Below are positions 15,262 to 27,853 of a stretch of DNA of 64,000 nucleotides, one piece after another. Numbering within the stretch: position 1 is the stretch's first letter; each line of letters begins with the position of its first letter. The stretch comes from Microbotryum violaceum. Its lineage: Eukaryota. The DNA is taken from the NCBI GenBank assembly GCA_001244265.2, contig CDLV01000013.1, positions 310,001-374,000 of the forward strand. Direction: 5' to 3'. A program made the translations under genes and the position numbers. Below the pieces are notes generated by a model. It was given only the letters and a program-made list of their open reading frames with translations. It searched no databases and was not told the origin of the DNA.

Positions 15262-16982
15262 TCAAGCCTGTATCTGCACTGAATCCGTTGATAGAAGATC
15301 ATAGCCTGGCGAGTCGCCATAGAACGCCTGGAGATGTTTCGCTACTTCTGCCGCCGTCTCCTTCGGCTTTTCTTGAACGAGCGTGTGGAAGGCCTTCCTG
15401 ACCCTGACAATGGTTGCGTGGGGTATCAAGCGCAGTGTGTCCTGCAGCGCCTCTTCAGTCAGGACCGAGCAATCAAGATCCGCGCAAATGAACCGGACCG
15501 GCAAGATCGTCGGTAGCATCGCCAGTCGACCGCCTGCTCGACGCGAGGCAGTCGTGCAGAGATCACCAAACACGAGCTGGTGGTCCAACGGAAAGAAATA
15601 AGATCAGGCCTGACGACTTGACAATGTGCCTAAAATGGAAGACTCACCGCCTCATCTTCTGGTCGCATCTTCAACCTCGCCTCCTCCGATCCCGGAATAG
15701 TTGTCATCCCGTACTCGACGTACGCCTGCATGGATCTCGAGGCAAAGGTCTGATAGAACGGTTTCTTCATCAGGCTCGCCATGGCCGCCTCCTTGGACGG
15801 CCAATGATCCTTGCGAATAAAAGCGCTTTTGCTCTTGAACATCACTTGTCGTTCCCAGCTCGGCGGAGGCATCGCGGGGTCGAGGAGGACCAACGATGAA
15901 AAGAGGGACGGTTGGGCGCTCGCGGCATAAGTCATGCCTGCGCCGCTGAGACTATGGCCAATGCTGACGATGAGGCGATCACGGAAAACTCGGTTCGTCG
16001 GCACCGAGAGGCCGGGGAAGAGTGGCCGAGCATCTAGCTCGTGCATGCCGTCTGGTACGGCTACTATGTAGGGTAGCTCGTCGGTGATAGGATCAGGCGA
16101 GAAGGGATCGGGCAGGTAAGAAATGATGAAATTGAGAATGTCCCGGCCGTGATCGGCCCAATTAACTGTCGGAAGAGCCAGCCTATTGTTCAGCATCGTT
16201 TTACTATGAGGTAAGAGTCCGTTTGACCACTTCGGCTCACAAGCTTTGCCCAAGACTTCTTCGTTGAGCAATGCCGAGTCGCCTTGATTGAAAGTATCGA
16301 TGCTCCAAATTTCGGCAATTGGCCGGGTTTTCGAGTCGAATTGTTCGAGCAGATCGGACAGCATCGGCTCAAAAGTTTCTACACGAAGGGCACATTATAT
16401 CAGTGGCGCGCAGTCACTGGGTTTGTCCCTACTAACTTTGTGAAATCCATTCGCGTGACCCAGGACGAGCGTAAGAATGGGTTCCTTCGATCGCACAAGG
16501 ACGGCGCCATGAGTCGTCGAGCTGCGGTACCTATTGACGACGGTGTACAGTTGTTCTTGACTTGCAAGTTCTTTCGTATCAATTGGGTTCGTAGGGTTCC
16601 TCAAGCCTTCGAGCTGGACGTCTAACAGTTCCTTACACGCCTGTTCGGCATCGATTCGACCAGGTGGGGCCTTGCTTGACGATGACAATGAAGTGCTCGC
16701 AGACGTAGCGCACGACGCCTTTTCAGACGGCGAGGAAGCTGGATCCGTAGTGCTTCCTCTGACCGACCTCGGGAATGCAGCCGGGACGATGAAACGATCG
16801 ACGGTCCATGACGGATGCCGAGCGCCGAAAGGAGCTTCACGTGATCGGCGAGGCAACCGCTCACGTTGGAGCTTGCGGGTGAGGCTTTTAGGCGGTAAGA
16901 GCGGTAGTAGAGGACCTTTGAGACCTAAAAACTCCGCTTGCTGCTCCAAGGCGGCCAGTCCGTTATCGTTCTCGTTCGACAT
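15262..16982 (-). CDS. Alpha/beta hydrolase (Lpx1-like / Abhydrolase_6 type)
   Basis: HANGFHK, EIWSID..NQGDSALLN, nucleophile elbow GHSLSG, LVLLDP, C-terminal HTLVQEKP. Confidence 0.88.
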
Positions 16983-17255
16983 GTCGCTGCGAGATGGTCT
17001 GCAACAACAGAGAGGCGACGGCCGAACTGGCAAGCCCGAATGCCGAGGCCCGGGTCACGCCCGGGTCGGTCATCATGTGAGCCGGGGCTATCTCCGGCTC
17101 CTGGCATAACTTGATCGAGCCTACTTACGCAGAGCGGGGCTTGACAGTTGATCAAGCTAGACAAATCAGAATTGATTTGCCTACAACATTCGAGCGTCAT
17201 AAAACATCCGTCATCGGTTGCCTAATCTTGCTAGGGTAGAAAGGGCCACTCTTCA

Positions 17256-20200
17256 TCATTTCACAATCTTCCACGACCCGTTCACCGTCTTCTCCACCAG
17301 GCCCTCGATCCGCATAGCATCCAAGAACGCGACAAGTTCGTCCGTCGTTTTGCCCTTGTAGGTGGGGACGAGCATGTTGAGGGTGGAATGAATCCGAGCG
17401 ATCGGCAAGGCGCCTAGGTTGAGCAGCTGCGAGGCAATGTTTTCGGCCCGATGATCAGTACCAGCCGTAGCTTTTCGTCGAGGGTCGGAGTGGGCCGAAA
17501 AACATACCATACCCTTGATGTACTGCCAGTAGACTCGCATCTGTGCTCGTAAGATATGAGAAGGTGTCAAACCGAGTGGCTCCAGAACACGGAGCACTTA
17601 GGGTACGAACCTGCTCGATTTGTTGCACTTCGACGCTTTGCACGGCTTGAGCCTCCTCCTCGATCACTGCGGCGAACGGAGTGGGATGGTCGTCAGCTCA
17701 ACTTCGTTCAGGCAGCCGGTTGTCAGACAGAAGTCGCTCACCATGCGAAGCAGCCTTCTCCGTCGCTGCATCGGTGAACTCGAGCAGCTTCCACTCATCG
17801 TCCGGTAAGCTCTTGAGCACCCCGTGGTTGTTCCAGAAGTAGAGAACGTTGCGAATGGCCACGGTGTCGATGATCCGCAACTCGTCACCGATCGAATCGG
17901 CGGTCCAAATGGCTGCACGCTACAAATTTTACGCGTCAGCGCGAACTCACTCGGCGCTTCCCCTTCATAGCAAAGTATCGTACTGCGCAATTGGAACACT
18001 TCAAGCACCGAAGCTTGCAAAGGTGTGACGTCAAGAGTCAAACTTCGATCGCGCAGATCGACTGTGATGTTGATTGTGCCGAGCTGAGGAAGCCATCGCA
18101 ACTTCTTCTCGGGCTTGAGCGCCGTGAACGCTTGATCGTATTCGCGTTGAGCTCTGTAAATTGATAAGTAAAGTAAGGTCTTGCCCTTTTAAATACGTCT
18201 AAACGTATGCGAGCTCACCTTCCGAGCTGACCAGGCAACTTGAGCGGGGCGGGCTGAAAGGACGGCCAGAACAAACGTGAAACAATGGTCGCGTGCAAAG
18301 GAACACCCTGCACATTCATTGAACCGCGGGGTCAGTCGACAGTCAAAAGTCACCAATAAGGGCGCCTAGAGATCCACGCACCTGATTCCGCTCATGAACA
18401 GCCACATCGATAGCCTTGGAATCTTGCAGATCCCGAATCATGACCTCGCACCCTTGCAGACTCGCCTCCCCGAACCTAACTTTCAGCACCTCGACATTCT
18501 TTATCTCCTTTTCGAATGCATAGTCCTTGACGGCCAAGAGTCGTTGGGCCAATAGAACTTGCAATTCTTTGACGAAGACGTCCTTGGTGTCGTAGATGCT
18601 GACAAGGAGTTGTATGATGTCACTTCCTTTGCTTTTTCGGAAATCTGAACGTGCCATAGAGGTTAGAAGGTGGCGTCAGCAAAGAGAAACTGCCTTGTGC
18701 TCGCATTTGCAAGACTGACCCGCAGGCGCATCGATTGGGTCAGGGGTCCATTTGGGATCGTTGTAGTTCTCTGCTTCATCTTTGGCATCCTGGACAGGTT
18801 TTGCACCCGAAACTGCCAACTCTTTGACCAACTCGTTGCCTTCCTCGATCAACGACGAAACGATGCATCGGATGGTATCTTCTCGAGCTCTGAAAACGAA
18901 AGGGAGAATGTTAGCAGACTGGTAATCATTGTGAGCAATCTGAGGACGCACCGAAGATATTGTCGTATTGGATCCGCAATCCTTGACAAAAGCACGCCCT
19001 GCGGGTCTAGCAGACGCAGGCACCTGATCGAAGCGATGTATTGGCTTATGATATTCTTCGTATCGACCCCCGGGTGCAGCAATCGTTGTTCGTTGAGCTG
19101 TCGCAGCTTGTTAACGATGATGGCTCGCTGGTCTGTTTTGAGAAGGCAGACCTGCAAGACGGCCGGGTGAGCTAAGTTTCTAGAAGGTCCGAACCACATT
19201 CCGAGCTCACTTTGAGGTCTTCCAAAGCAGGTGTCGACCTTGGAAAGTTGACAATGATGTCGAACATCTCTGACGCCCTGCACGAATAGGACACCACACG
19301 CGTCAGCTATTCCGCCTCCACATAATCTCCGGGTCATAGCCCAAGCGTACCTTAAGACACCCAGTGTCTTGTGCACATGGTACTCGAACCGTGTGAATGT
19401 AGGCTTGAGCAGCTTTTTCGCCTCTTCGGACCCGGCAGTCCCGTCGGACAGAGTCTTCTCGTACAGGCCCGCCACCCAATTCAGGACCGGCCCATTGACC
19501 CAACCGAGCAAATCTTGTAGCTGGAGTTGATCGAACACGCCCTTACAATCCCGCGCAACCTTTTTCTCGATCTCCTCGTATATAAGCCCGAATAAGAGCG
19601 GGTCGTAGCGGTCCAAGAGCGGGATCAAGGTCGACAAGGCGTGGGCATGGTTGGGAGGAAGCGAACCGAGGGGTGGGGAGAGGTGCAAGAGGTACCGAAG
19701 ATAGACACCGAGGGCTTGGGTGAACTCGGGGGGTAAGACTGCGTACAGGCAGTTCAGACAATATCGTTTGTAGTTCGCGAGGGCCGTTGATGACCTGGCG
19801 TGATTTGGTGAAAGTGAGTGTATCAGCGGGGCTCAGGTGTTCGACGCGTGGTGCATGTGACCTAATTGGACGGACGGCCAAAAAGTGGAGAGCGGTCGCT
19901 GCCATCGGTCGAGGATGAGTCCGACGCGGTGAAGAAGTTGAACCACGGCGAGCGGTCGATGATCGCCCGATGATGTCTATGATGTAGCGATTGAAAGACG
20001 GTCAGTCAGCTTGGCTGCCGTGAAGGGAAAAGGGTTACGATTGTCAGGTCACCAACCCAGAATCGATCGAGGCAATCGAGCACCTCGGCTTGGACGACAT
20101 GGAATGTGTCCTTGATGGCCACTGCGGGTTAGATTGAGATGACGTGAGCTGACAGAGGTTAGGAGGCTAAACGCTTGGGGGACGGTACTGACGTAGATAG

Positions 20201-20532
20201 TCGTCGAAGAGCCGATCACTGAGCCCGGCTCGCTCTACGGCCTGAGCGGCTCTGACGATAACAGGAGGCTCAAAGTAGTCGGTGTGCAAGTTCTGGGCGT
20301 GCGCTGCCGGGTTGAGGTGAGCGACGCAGAGTGGCCAGGCCTGCTTGTAACAACGTCGTACCGAGATAGGAGGCGCGCTCTCAGTGCAAATGATCGGTGA
20401 TCGAGCACGACTGACCGTGGTGCGACGTACCTGTGCGACCGAGATCTGATCCTCTGTAGCCTCGCCTCGGTAGTGAGGTGGGTCGAATTGGTGTGCCGTC
20501 TCTCTCCACAGGGACGCTACGTCGATGTCCAT
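17256..20532 (-). CDS. APC2: Anaphase-promoting complex subunit 2 (cullin-like)
   Basis: RLLHPGVDTKNII, LVSIYDTKDVFVKELQVLLAQRLL, KLRWLPQLG, C-terminal winged helix YWQYIKGMLLNLGALP..RIHSTL. Confidence 0.95.
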
Positions 20533-20836
20533 GCTGCCCTGTTGATCGAGGTGCGGGTACGAAGCCACGGCAGTCCGTGGCTGGGCTCTCAGCTCGTGGG
20601 CTTCTCAGGCGCGTGTCGTTTGGTCGCACGGTTCCTCCTGGTCCCTCACGCGCTCACGGCCGACCTCGGTCTGCGCGCGTGACGAGGTATGACGCGTCGT
20701 TGACATCGCGCACTCATCGCCCCGTGTCCTGCCCCATCGCGCCTCGTGTGTTCGTCTACGTCGCCGTTGCTCCCCCTCCGCACCTCCACCCGCGCTCGTG
20801 CGCCGATCTTAAACACTCCTACGCGTGCCAGGGAAC
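20533..20836. promoter_or_regulatory. Bidirectional APC2/RAD5 promoter with MCB-like ACGCGT sites
   Basis: Divergent ATGs ~305 bp apart; ACGCGT at 20692 and 20821 plus other CGCG cores. Confidence 0.45.
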
Positions 20837-23800
20837 ATGGGCGGCCTCTTTCTCTCGGACGACTCGGATGACGAGCCCTCTCGACCGTCGCCGTCGCCCA
20901 CCACTACCGATCACGCGATCGACCTGCACGAGCGGGACGAGCAGGTCGATGACCAAGCCGCGCGACCTTCCAAGCGCACCCGTCTAAGCGTCGGACCAGA
21001 GCAAGCCAATGGATCATCTGTCTTGCCCAAGCTCACTACACCTCGAGCTGCGACGTCCGAGGCGTCGAGGGAGAGGAGCATCCTTGTCCTCGACGATTCG
21101 TCGCCCGAGAAGCCACGCCCTACCTTGTTCAGGCCTGAGCTAAGCGATGACGACGACAGCGACCTCGATGATGGCTTGCACCAGGAAGGATCCACATCGA
21201 AGCCTCAACAAAGGAAAGCGCAGCCCATACGCGAGTGGAAGTCCAACTACTTTGGAGGTCAGTGCTCGGCTGCTCGTCAGCTCATCTCAGCATTGGCTCG
21301 ACTCAGCTCAACTCTGACGCTGACTCCGTCCCCCTCTTTCCACCTTGCAGAACTCATGGTTTCGGGTTATGCCCTCTTTTCGTCATCGAGCTTCAACAAG
21401 CTCGCTCAGGGCGACACCGTCTCGATTCAGCGCGACAAGCTCAAACCCATCTCTGAGCGCAAGAAGGGCAAGGTCAAGGAAGACACCGTTGTTAGGTGGG
21501 TACATCCTGCCCGTCCTCTCCCCCTCGAACAAAATTCCCTCATCCCATTGAGTCTACACAGATTCAGCAACTCGAAAGGAGTAGAGATTGGTCGCATTTC
21601 CGAGAACGATGCCACGTGGATGAGCAAGTGAGCCCGAGCTGCTCGATCACTCACTGTTGATGCCGGCAAGGTTGCTGATGATGCATCCTTCTCAGGTTGT
21701 TGGATCTGGATATCATTGCATTTGAGGGCGTTGCCACGATGGTCGACCGCAAATTCAAGTCAGGTCAGCACGGGGGTGAAAATCATATCAAGCGACCCGC
21801 TTTCTGCCCCTTACTTACTCTCAGCCCCTGCATAACGTCCCGCAGGTGACACGATCTACCTCACACTCACCCCGTACATTCTTCGCTCGGCATTCACTGC
21901 ACCTAGCCAAACTATCAATCCGGTTACGAGCGATTTAAAGGGTGGTCAGACCTTTCACCAGGATTTGAAAGAAACGACGACCGAGCGCAGCCTACGCCAG
22001 AGAAAGTTGGCCCTTAACAAGCTATTCGACAAGATCGATCTGCAGCCATTCGTGAGGGCGCAGACGGGAAGTCGGAAGGGCAAAGGCAAAGCTGGCGGTG
22101 TCAGTAGCTCGCCCAGCAAGAGAGCCATGCTCGAGAATTATGATGCTAAACTTGCGGGCAAGGACACCGGTGATGAAGACGAGGAAGAGATGTCGACGGT
22201 TCGTCCCGAGTGCCTCATTTTCACTAAGAGTCTGACGGGCCGGCTGATCTAGGCCCTTTGCGACCTGCAGAGTGCTATTGCTGCTGTTTACAAGAAGGCG
22301 ACCAAGAATGATGCCAACTTGCCCGAGATGGACCCTGCACCTACTTTCAAGCTCGAGTTACGCGGTTATCAGAAGCAGGCGCTTAAGTGGATGTCGAGCA
22401 TGGAGCGAGGTGAAGAGGACGCCAGGGAGGAGCTGTCAATGCATCCACTTTGGGAAGAGTAAGTTCCATTAGTGTCCGTTGAAGAGAACTGTGCTGACTG
22501 ACGCGCTCCGCGTCGTGTGGCAGGTACCATTTCCCCGAGCCGGGGCAATATTCGACTAGCGAGCCCGAGTCGTTTTACTACAATCCCTTTTCCGGAGAGC
22601 TCTCGCTCGAATTCCCAAAGGCCACCAATGGCTGTCGCGGTGGTATTCTGGCAGATGAGATGGGGTTGGGTGAGCTTGTCTTCTCCTGCGGTCGCCCCTG
22701 GATCTCTGCTGAGTTACCAGGCATATGTATCCAGGCAAAACGATTATGATTGCATCACTTATTCATACGAGCAAGCCATTCGAGAATGATCCCGAAGCCG
22801 CTGATGATGAGGACTCGACATCTGAACACTCGGAAGAAGACGTGGTTCCCGTTCGACGACTTGGCGCGACGCAAAGTCGCCTCGGTGCCGGTGGACATTT
22901 GACGACGGCCCATGCCCAAGCTCGCCAGAAGAGCAAGCGTCTACCGAGGGCTACGTTGGTGGTGGCGCCTATGACTTTGCTGAATCAATGGGTCCGCGAA
23001 CTGGAGAAGTGCTCTCGCGATGGCATGCAAGTACTGCAGTATTATGGGAACAGTCGATCAATGTTGCAGGAGCAGATCGATGTCGGTGTTGAAGTCGTCG
23101 TGACAAGGTGAGCGTAGCTAGGCATTGATTTTCAAACAAGTAGTCGTACTGACGGTAGCTCCTCGTGATAGTTATGGAACTCTCGTTTCCGACTTTAAGA
23201 TGAGCGGGCTCGATGACGGAAAAAAGCCGAACAAGTCTGGCGCATCGACCTCGAACGGGGAGGACAAGAAAGCGAAGCTATCAGAACGGAGGGGTCTTTT
23301 CGCTGTCGATTGGTTCCGCATTGGTGAGTTTTACTTATCACAATGGCCGTGGTCTGGTTCCTGCGTGCCATCTGACACTCGTCGCATCGCGTTGCTGCAG
23401 TTCTGGATGAGGCGCACCTAATCAAGAGACGCGACACCCAGAACGCGAAGGCCGTTCATGCGCTAAAGGCCGAGAGACGCTGGTGCTTGACTGGAACGCC
23501 CATCGTCAAGTGAGTGTATAGCCAAGCTCATCTACGCTCGAAGCATTTAGCTGAGGTATTGCGTGACCCTTTTGTAGCCGCCTCGAGGATCTGTACTCGC
23601 TCCTGCACTTCCTTCGATTGGAACCCTGGGGTAATTTCTCCTTTTTCAGGGTAAGTCAATGCTTGACTAGTGACCGCGACTCTCGTCGCTCGACGTCTGA
23701 AGCTGATCATCTCTTGCCGCGTAGACTTTCATCACCGTGCCTTTTGAGCAAAAAGACTCGAGAGCTCTCGAAGTGATTCAGGTCGTGCTCGAGTCAATTT

Positions 23801-25802
23801 TGCTCCGACGCGAAAAGAAGATGAAGGACCGCAATGGGAACCCGATCGTCAGCTTGCCCCAGAAACACATCGACGTCCAATACCTCGATTTCAGCCCCGA
23901 CGAGCGCGAGATTTACGATCGCTTGTACAAGAGTGCGAAACGCAAGTTCTTGATCTATGAGGGACAAGGAGCGGTCTTGCAGTGGGTTCCTCGTCCTGCT
24001 TCCACGCGCCAAGGGCATCATACTGACTCCAGGCTCTCGGATCCGCACCGGTCATCAGAAATGTGACTGCGATCTTCTCGATCCTCATGCGACTACGACA
24101 AGCGGTCCTGCACCCATCGCTCGTGCTCAAACGACTCGAAGCGAATCTGCGCGAAAAGGGGGACCTGGACGAACGCGCGATCCAACTACGCATCATCAAG
24201 TACCTCGGCTCGTCGAGTCTCGCCGATACTATGCTAGACGAGGCGATGAACGGTGTACTCGAGGCGGACGCAGAGGAGGAGGAGGGGGACACCGCTTGTA
24301 TGGTCTGCGGAGACTTGATCGAGCAACCGGTGTGGTTGCCGGATTGCGGTCATTCGGGATGTCGCGCTTGCTTGATGCAACATTTCTACAACTGCGAAGA
24401 GAAAGGTGAAGAGGTTAGTATGGGTCGCGTAGGACTGCGTAGGGAAGCGACCTTGACTGACGGAGCCCGTTCCGGACCTTGTTGAATCATAGCCACGCTG
24501 CCCAGAGTGCCTTTCGGGTCCTTTCTCGGAACTGCAGATCGCAGCAATCGAGAGGGGCAAGAAGCCGCCACCATCAGAGTCGATCGATCCTGCGCAGAAG
24601 GTGGACAAGGCGTCAACGAAATACAAGTTGTCCAGTCCAGCTCCCGACTCGTCTCAGACCGTCATCACCATTCTCGACAGCTCCGACGAGGAAGATGGCG
24701 GAGCGACCACGCCATCCTCCGCGGTTTCTTCTGTCAAGGGGAAGAGTGAGCTGAAAGGGAAAGGGAGGGAACGGGTCAAGCCCAAGCGAATCGCTGTACG
24801 CGGTTACGAGGATCCGAGCGACTCGGAGGACGAACTGAATGGTGGGACGACGTTGACGAGCGAAGCGATGCTGACAAGTGACAAAGAGGATGAGCATGTG
24901 TTGAGCGGCCATAGCATGCCGGCGGACGGCCTTAAGCCAAAGTCAGGTTTAGGCCACGGAGCTGACGACGACTTCAAGAGCTCGACGAAACTCGAGGCGC
25001 TTGTCGTGTCGCTCAACGCTGCAAAGGAGAAGGATCCTCAGCTCAAGGCCGTGGTATTCAGTCAAGTGAGTCGGACTGAGACGTAGCAGCTCACGCGGAT
25101 ATGCGGGTGCTGATCGTGCTTCTGAGCAACAGTTCACCGGCTTCCTTGACCTTATCGAGCGTGTCATGGCACGTGGTGGCTTTACGTTAGTCAAGAACTA
25201 CCAACGGGGGCTGTCAGGCTGTCACAAGATGTCCAAGCTCTGACTCACACCCGCTCTGAACTCTACTTGTGCTTCGCAGTTATCTCCGACTTGATGGGGC
25301 AATATCGCAGCAAGCTCGTGAGAAGGCAGTCCACAAGTTTACAACCACGACCAAGTCGTGCATCCTGCTCGCTTCCCTCAAGGCCGGTGGAGTTGGCTTG
25401 AACCTGATTGCGGCGACCCGTGTGTATCTGATGGACTGTTGGTGGAACGCTGCGATTGAGGTAAGACTGGATGGATCCGTGCGACCTTTCATCGGACGCA
25501 GCAGCTGACCCCTCCCACACCTGAATAGTCGCAAGCCGTGGATCGTATTCATCGCTTTGGTCAAACTCGAGAGTGAGTCGCTATTCTGAAGCACATTCTC
25601 GGTAACAATTGAGCTAATCGTCCATGCGCCCCATTTCAGGGTATACGTCACCCGCTTCCTGATCAACAAATCGATCGACGACAAGATGATTGCGCTGCAA
25701 GAGCGCAAGACCCGAATGGTCGATAATGCGCTTGGAGGAAAGGCGAACAAGACGAGCAAAGCATTGGCCGAGGATTTTGCTGCTATCTTTGCAGACGACT
25801 GA
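20837..25802 (+). CDS. RAD5: DNA repair protein Rad5 (HIRAN + SNF2 helicase + RING)
   Basis: HIRAN ([15 protein letters not shown]), [34 protein letters not shown]...CGHSGCRAC...[26 protein letters not shown]. Confidence 0.95.
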
Positions 25803-26578
25803 GTCAACCGGGAAGCACCGGGATTGTGTAAGCTCAATCCAGCCTCTGCAGAGAGGTTTGGGCCTGGCACACTTGCCATCCGAAATTCCAGGACATTTTT
25901 TGCCTCAACTTCCTTTTGCAAGAAGCAAGGACGTTTAGCCTAATCGCATACAGCCTTTTTGAGGTTCAGTTGAAAAAAGGTGATCTGCCAACTTGCACAA
26001 AGTTTCAGGAGTATCCGTTTGAGGGCGGCGGATGTGGTTTGATCGTGTGCGTAGTCTTTAAAGTTGAGCCAACTTCTCGGACGACTCCTTGATTCGCGAG
26101 GCAACGACCGGCGACGCCTGGGCCAGAGTCTGAAATTCGACATATTCTCACTGCTGTAGCACACCCATGGAGGATTCTGGTGGTTCGTCCATCTGGCTGT
26201 GGTCATCAAGTATTACAAGCTTCGTCATGATTGAAGTAGATTGCAGTAATCATTTCTACTTCCCCTGCCACAGCAAGGGGTCACTTTTCAGGCAAAAAGT
26301 TTCCAGGGCAACAAAGCCAAACGTGCCCATAAGTCGTAAGTACCGGGACCCTCCACAGCGTAGAGCGTTCGAGTTGGCACAAATGCAACTCTTCGCACCC
26401 TTCAAATCCCCTAACCTCTTCCCGGGTTTCCCTTCCTTAGCTCTCCTTGTGCATCCTCTGAGTCAATCTAGGTGCAAAGAGCCACTCTGATCACCCAACT
26501 TATCTTTGAGCTGAGCCTTCTCTCCTATATTGGACTACGCGCGCTCGTATGCTCATCTGTTCAAAGTTGCTTTCGCGC

Positions 26579-26716
26579 CCGTGAGGGATGTCTCTTGTGT
26601 CACATCGGTCGTGAGTCCAAGTCACCGTGCAGCGACGGCTGGCCGTGAGGGATGTCTCTTGTGTCACATCGGTCGTGAGTCCAAGTCACCGTGCAGCGAC
26701 GGCTGGCCGTGAGGGA
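26579..26716 (+). repeat. Perfect 64-bp tandem duplication
   Basis: CCGTGAGGGATGTCTCTTGTGTCACATCGG...GACGGCTGG starts at 26579 and 26643, partial third start at 26707. Confidence 0.9.
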
Positions 26717-27853
26717 GTCATCTGAAAGATCATCGCTGACTTGCTTTACGGTCAACGCATTCCATCCTACGCTCATGTCATCGTTCCCGTGGTCGAGGTC
26801 CGACACCTTCGCTCTCATGCTCGCGACCTCCGCTACGAAGACGAGCTCGCAAAGAGTGGCGCGCCGCCCATGAACCCGGAGGACCCTCAGGACGAAAACC
26901 TATCGACTCAAGTGACGTCAGTGAACCCCCGATGTACGCGGTATCGGGACTACCCCTGTATCTTAGCAGTCCTTCTTCTTCCTCATTTTGGCAGCCTGCA
27001 AGCGGATTCGGTCGGAGGGGGGGGGGGCACGAAACGTGTCCTGACACTCACGATGGTGCGCAGGTGCTGGTCGTGATTGACGGGCTCTCGACCTGCTGGG
27101 CGGTCAGCCTCGTGGCTCTGGTGAACAGCATCCACCGGTTCTCATCGATCAACTTGGCTTCGTGTCGGATGAACTCGCCCCTCTAGAAGATAGTGGCGAC
27201 CCCGATTTTTCGCGCCGTTCCTCGATGGCACGAACTGCGCTGCGCATAAACTGATCAAGCTCATACCGTGGTTCACCTCGGCTTTACCACCCGGCGTGGG
27301 GTTGTAGAGGACCAGCTCGAAGTCAAAAAGGCCCTATATCACCGAAGACTCAACGATAAACGTCAAGTTGCGATCCCAATTGTCGAATAAGGAGAAAGGT
27401 CGGCGAGAAGGAAGAAGCCGACGCCAACCGCCGCTGCGAGTCCAGCGTACTTTTACGCGACCAAGTCTGTAAATTTTACTTAGTATTACGAGGTCAGCTT
27501 TGTATGACTGTCTTCGGGGACAGTAACTGACCGTCGTTGTTCGAATACCCGTTCCAAACCACGCGGCGATTATGACAGTGCTCGGGGATTGGCGAGATTC
27601 CCCATCTAATAATCGAAGCTCAATCTTCCTTTGGGCAGCGGACGTGTTGAGCTACGGCAGGATTAAACTGTTCAGCAACTTTCATTTGCAAGTCATTAGG
27701 AATATCGCCTCGGCCACCAGGTACGAGTTCGGAGAAGTTACTCCCAGATGCTCCAGGTCGCTCCCATTGCAGTAGCGATCCGCTTGGGTGATATGACTCA
27801 CCTTCCCTCTTTCTCTCTCCTGCGCGCCGCTCCCACCGCTGCCGCCGGGGTCA

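Noticed and set aside
16379-16436. Possible lesion at the first intron of hydrolase 1 (AAAGTTAGT vs paralog AAAG|GT)
   Set aside because: The GTAGGG donor 4 nt downstream keeps the frame; cannot be called a pseudogene without reads
27500-27560. tRNA suggested by GTTCGAATA
   Set aside because: No cloverleaf stems could be formed
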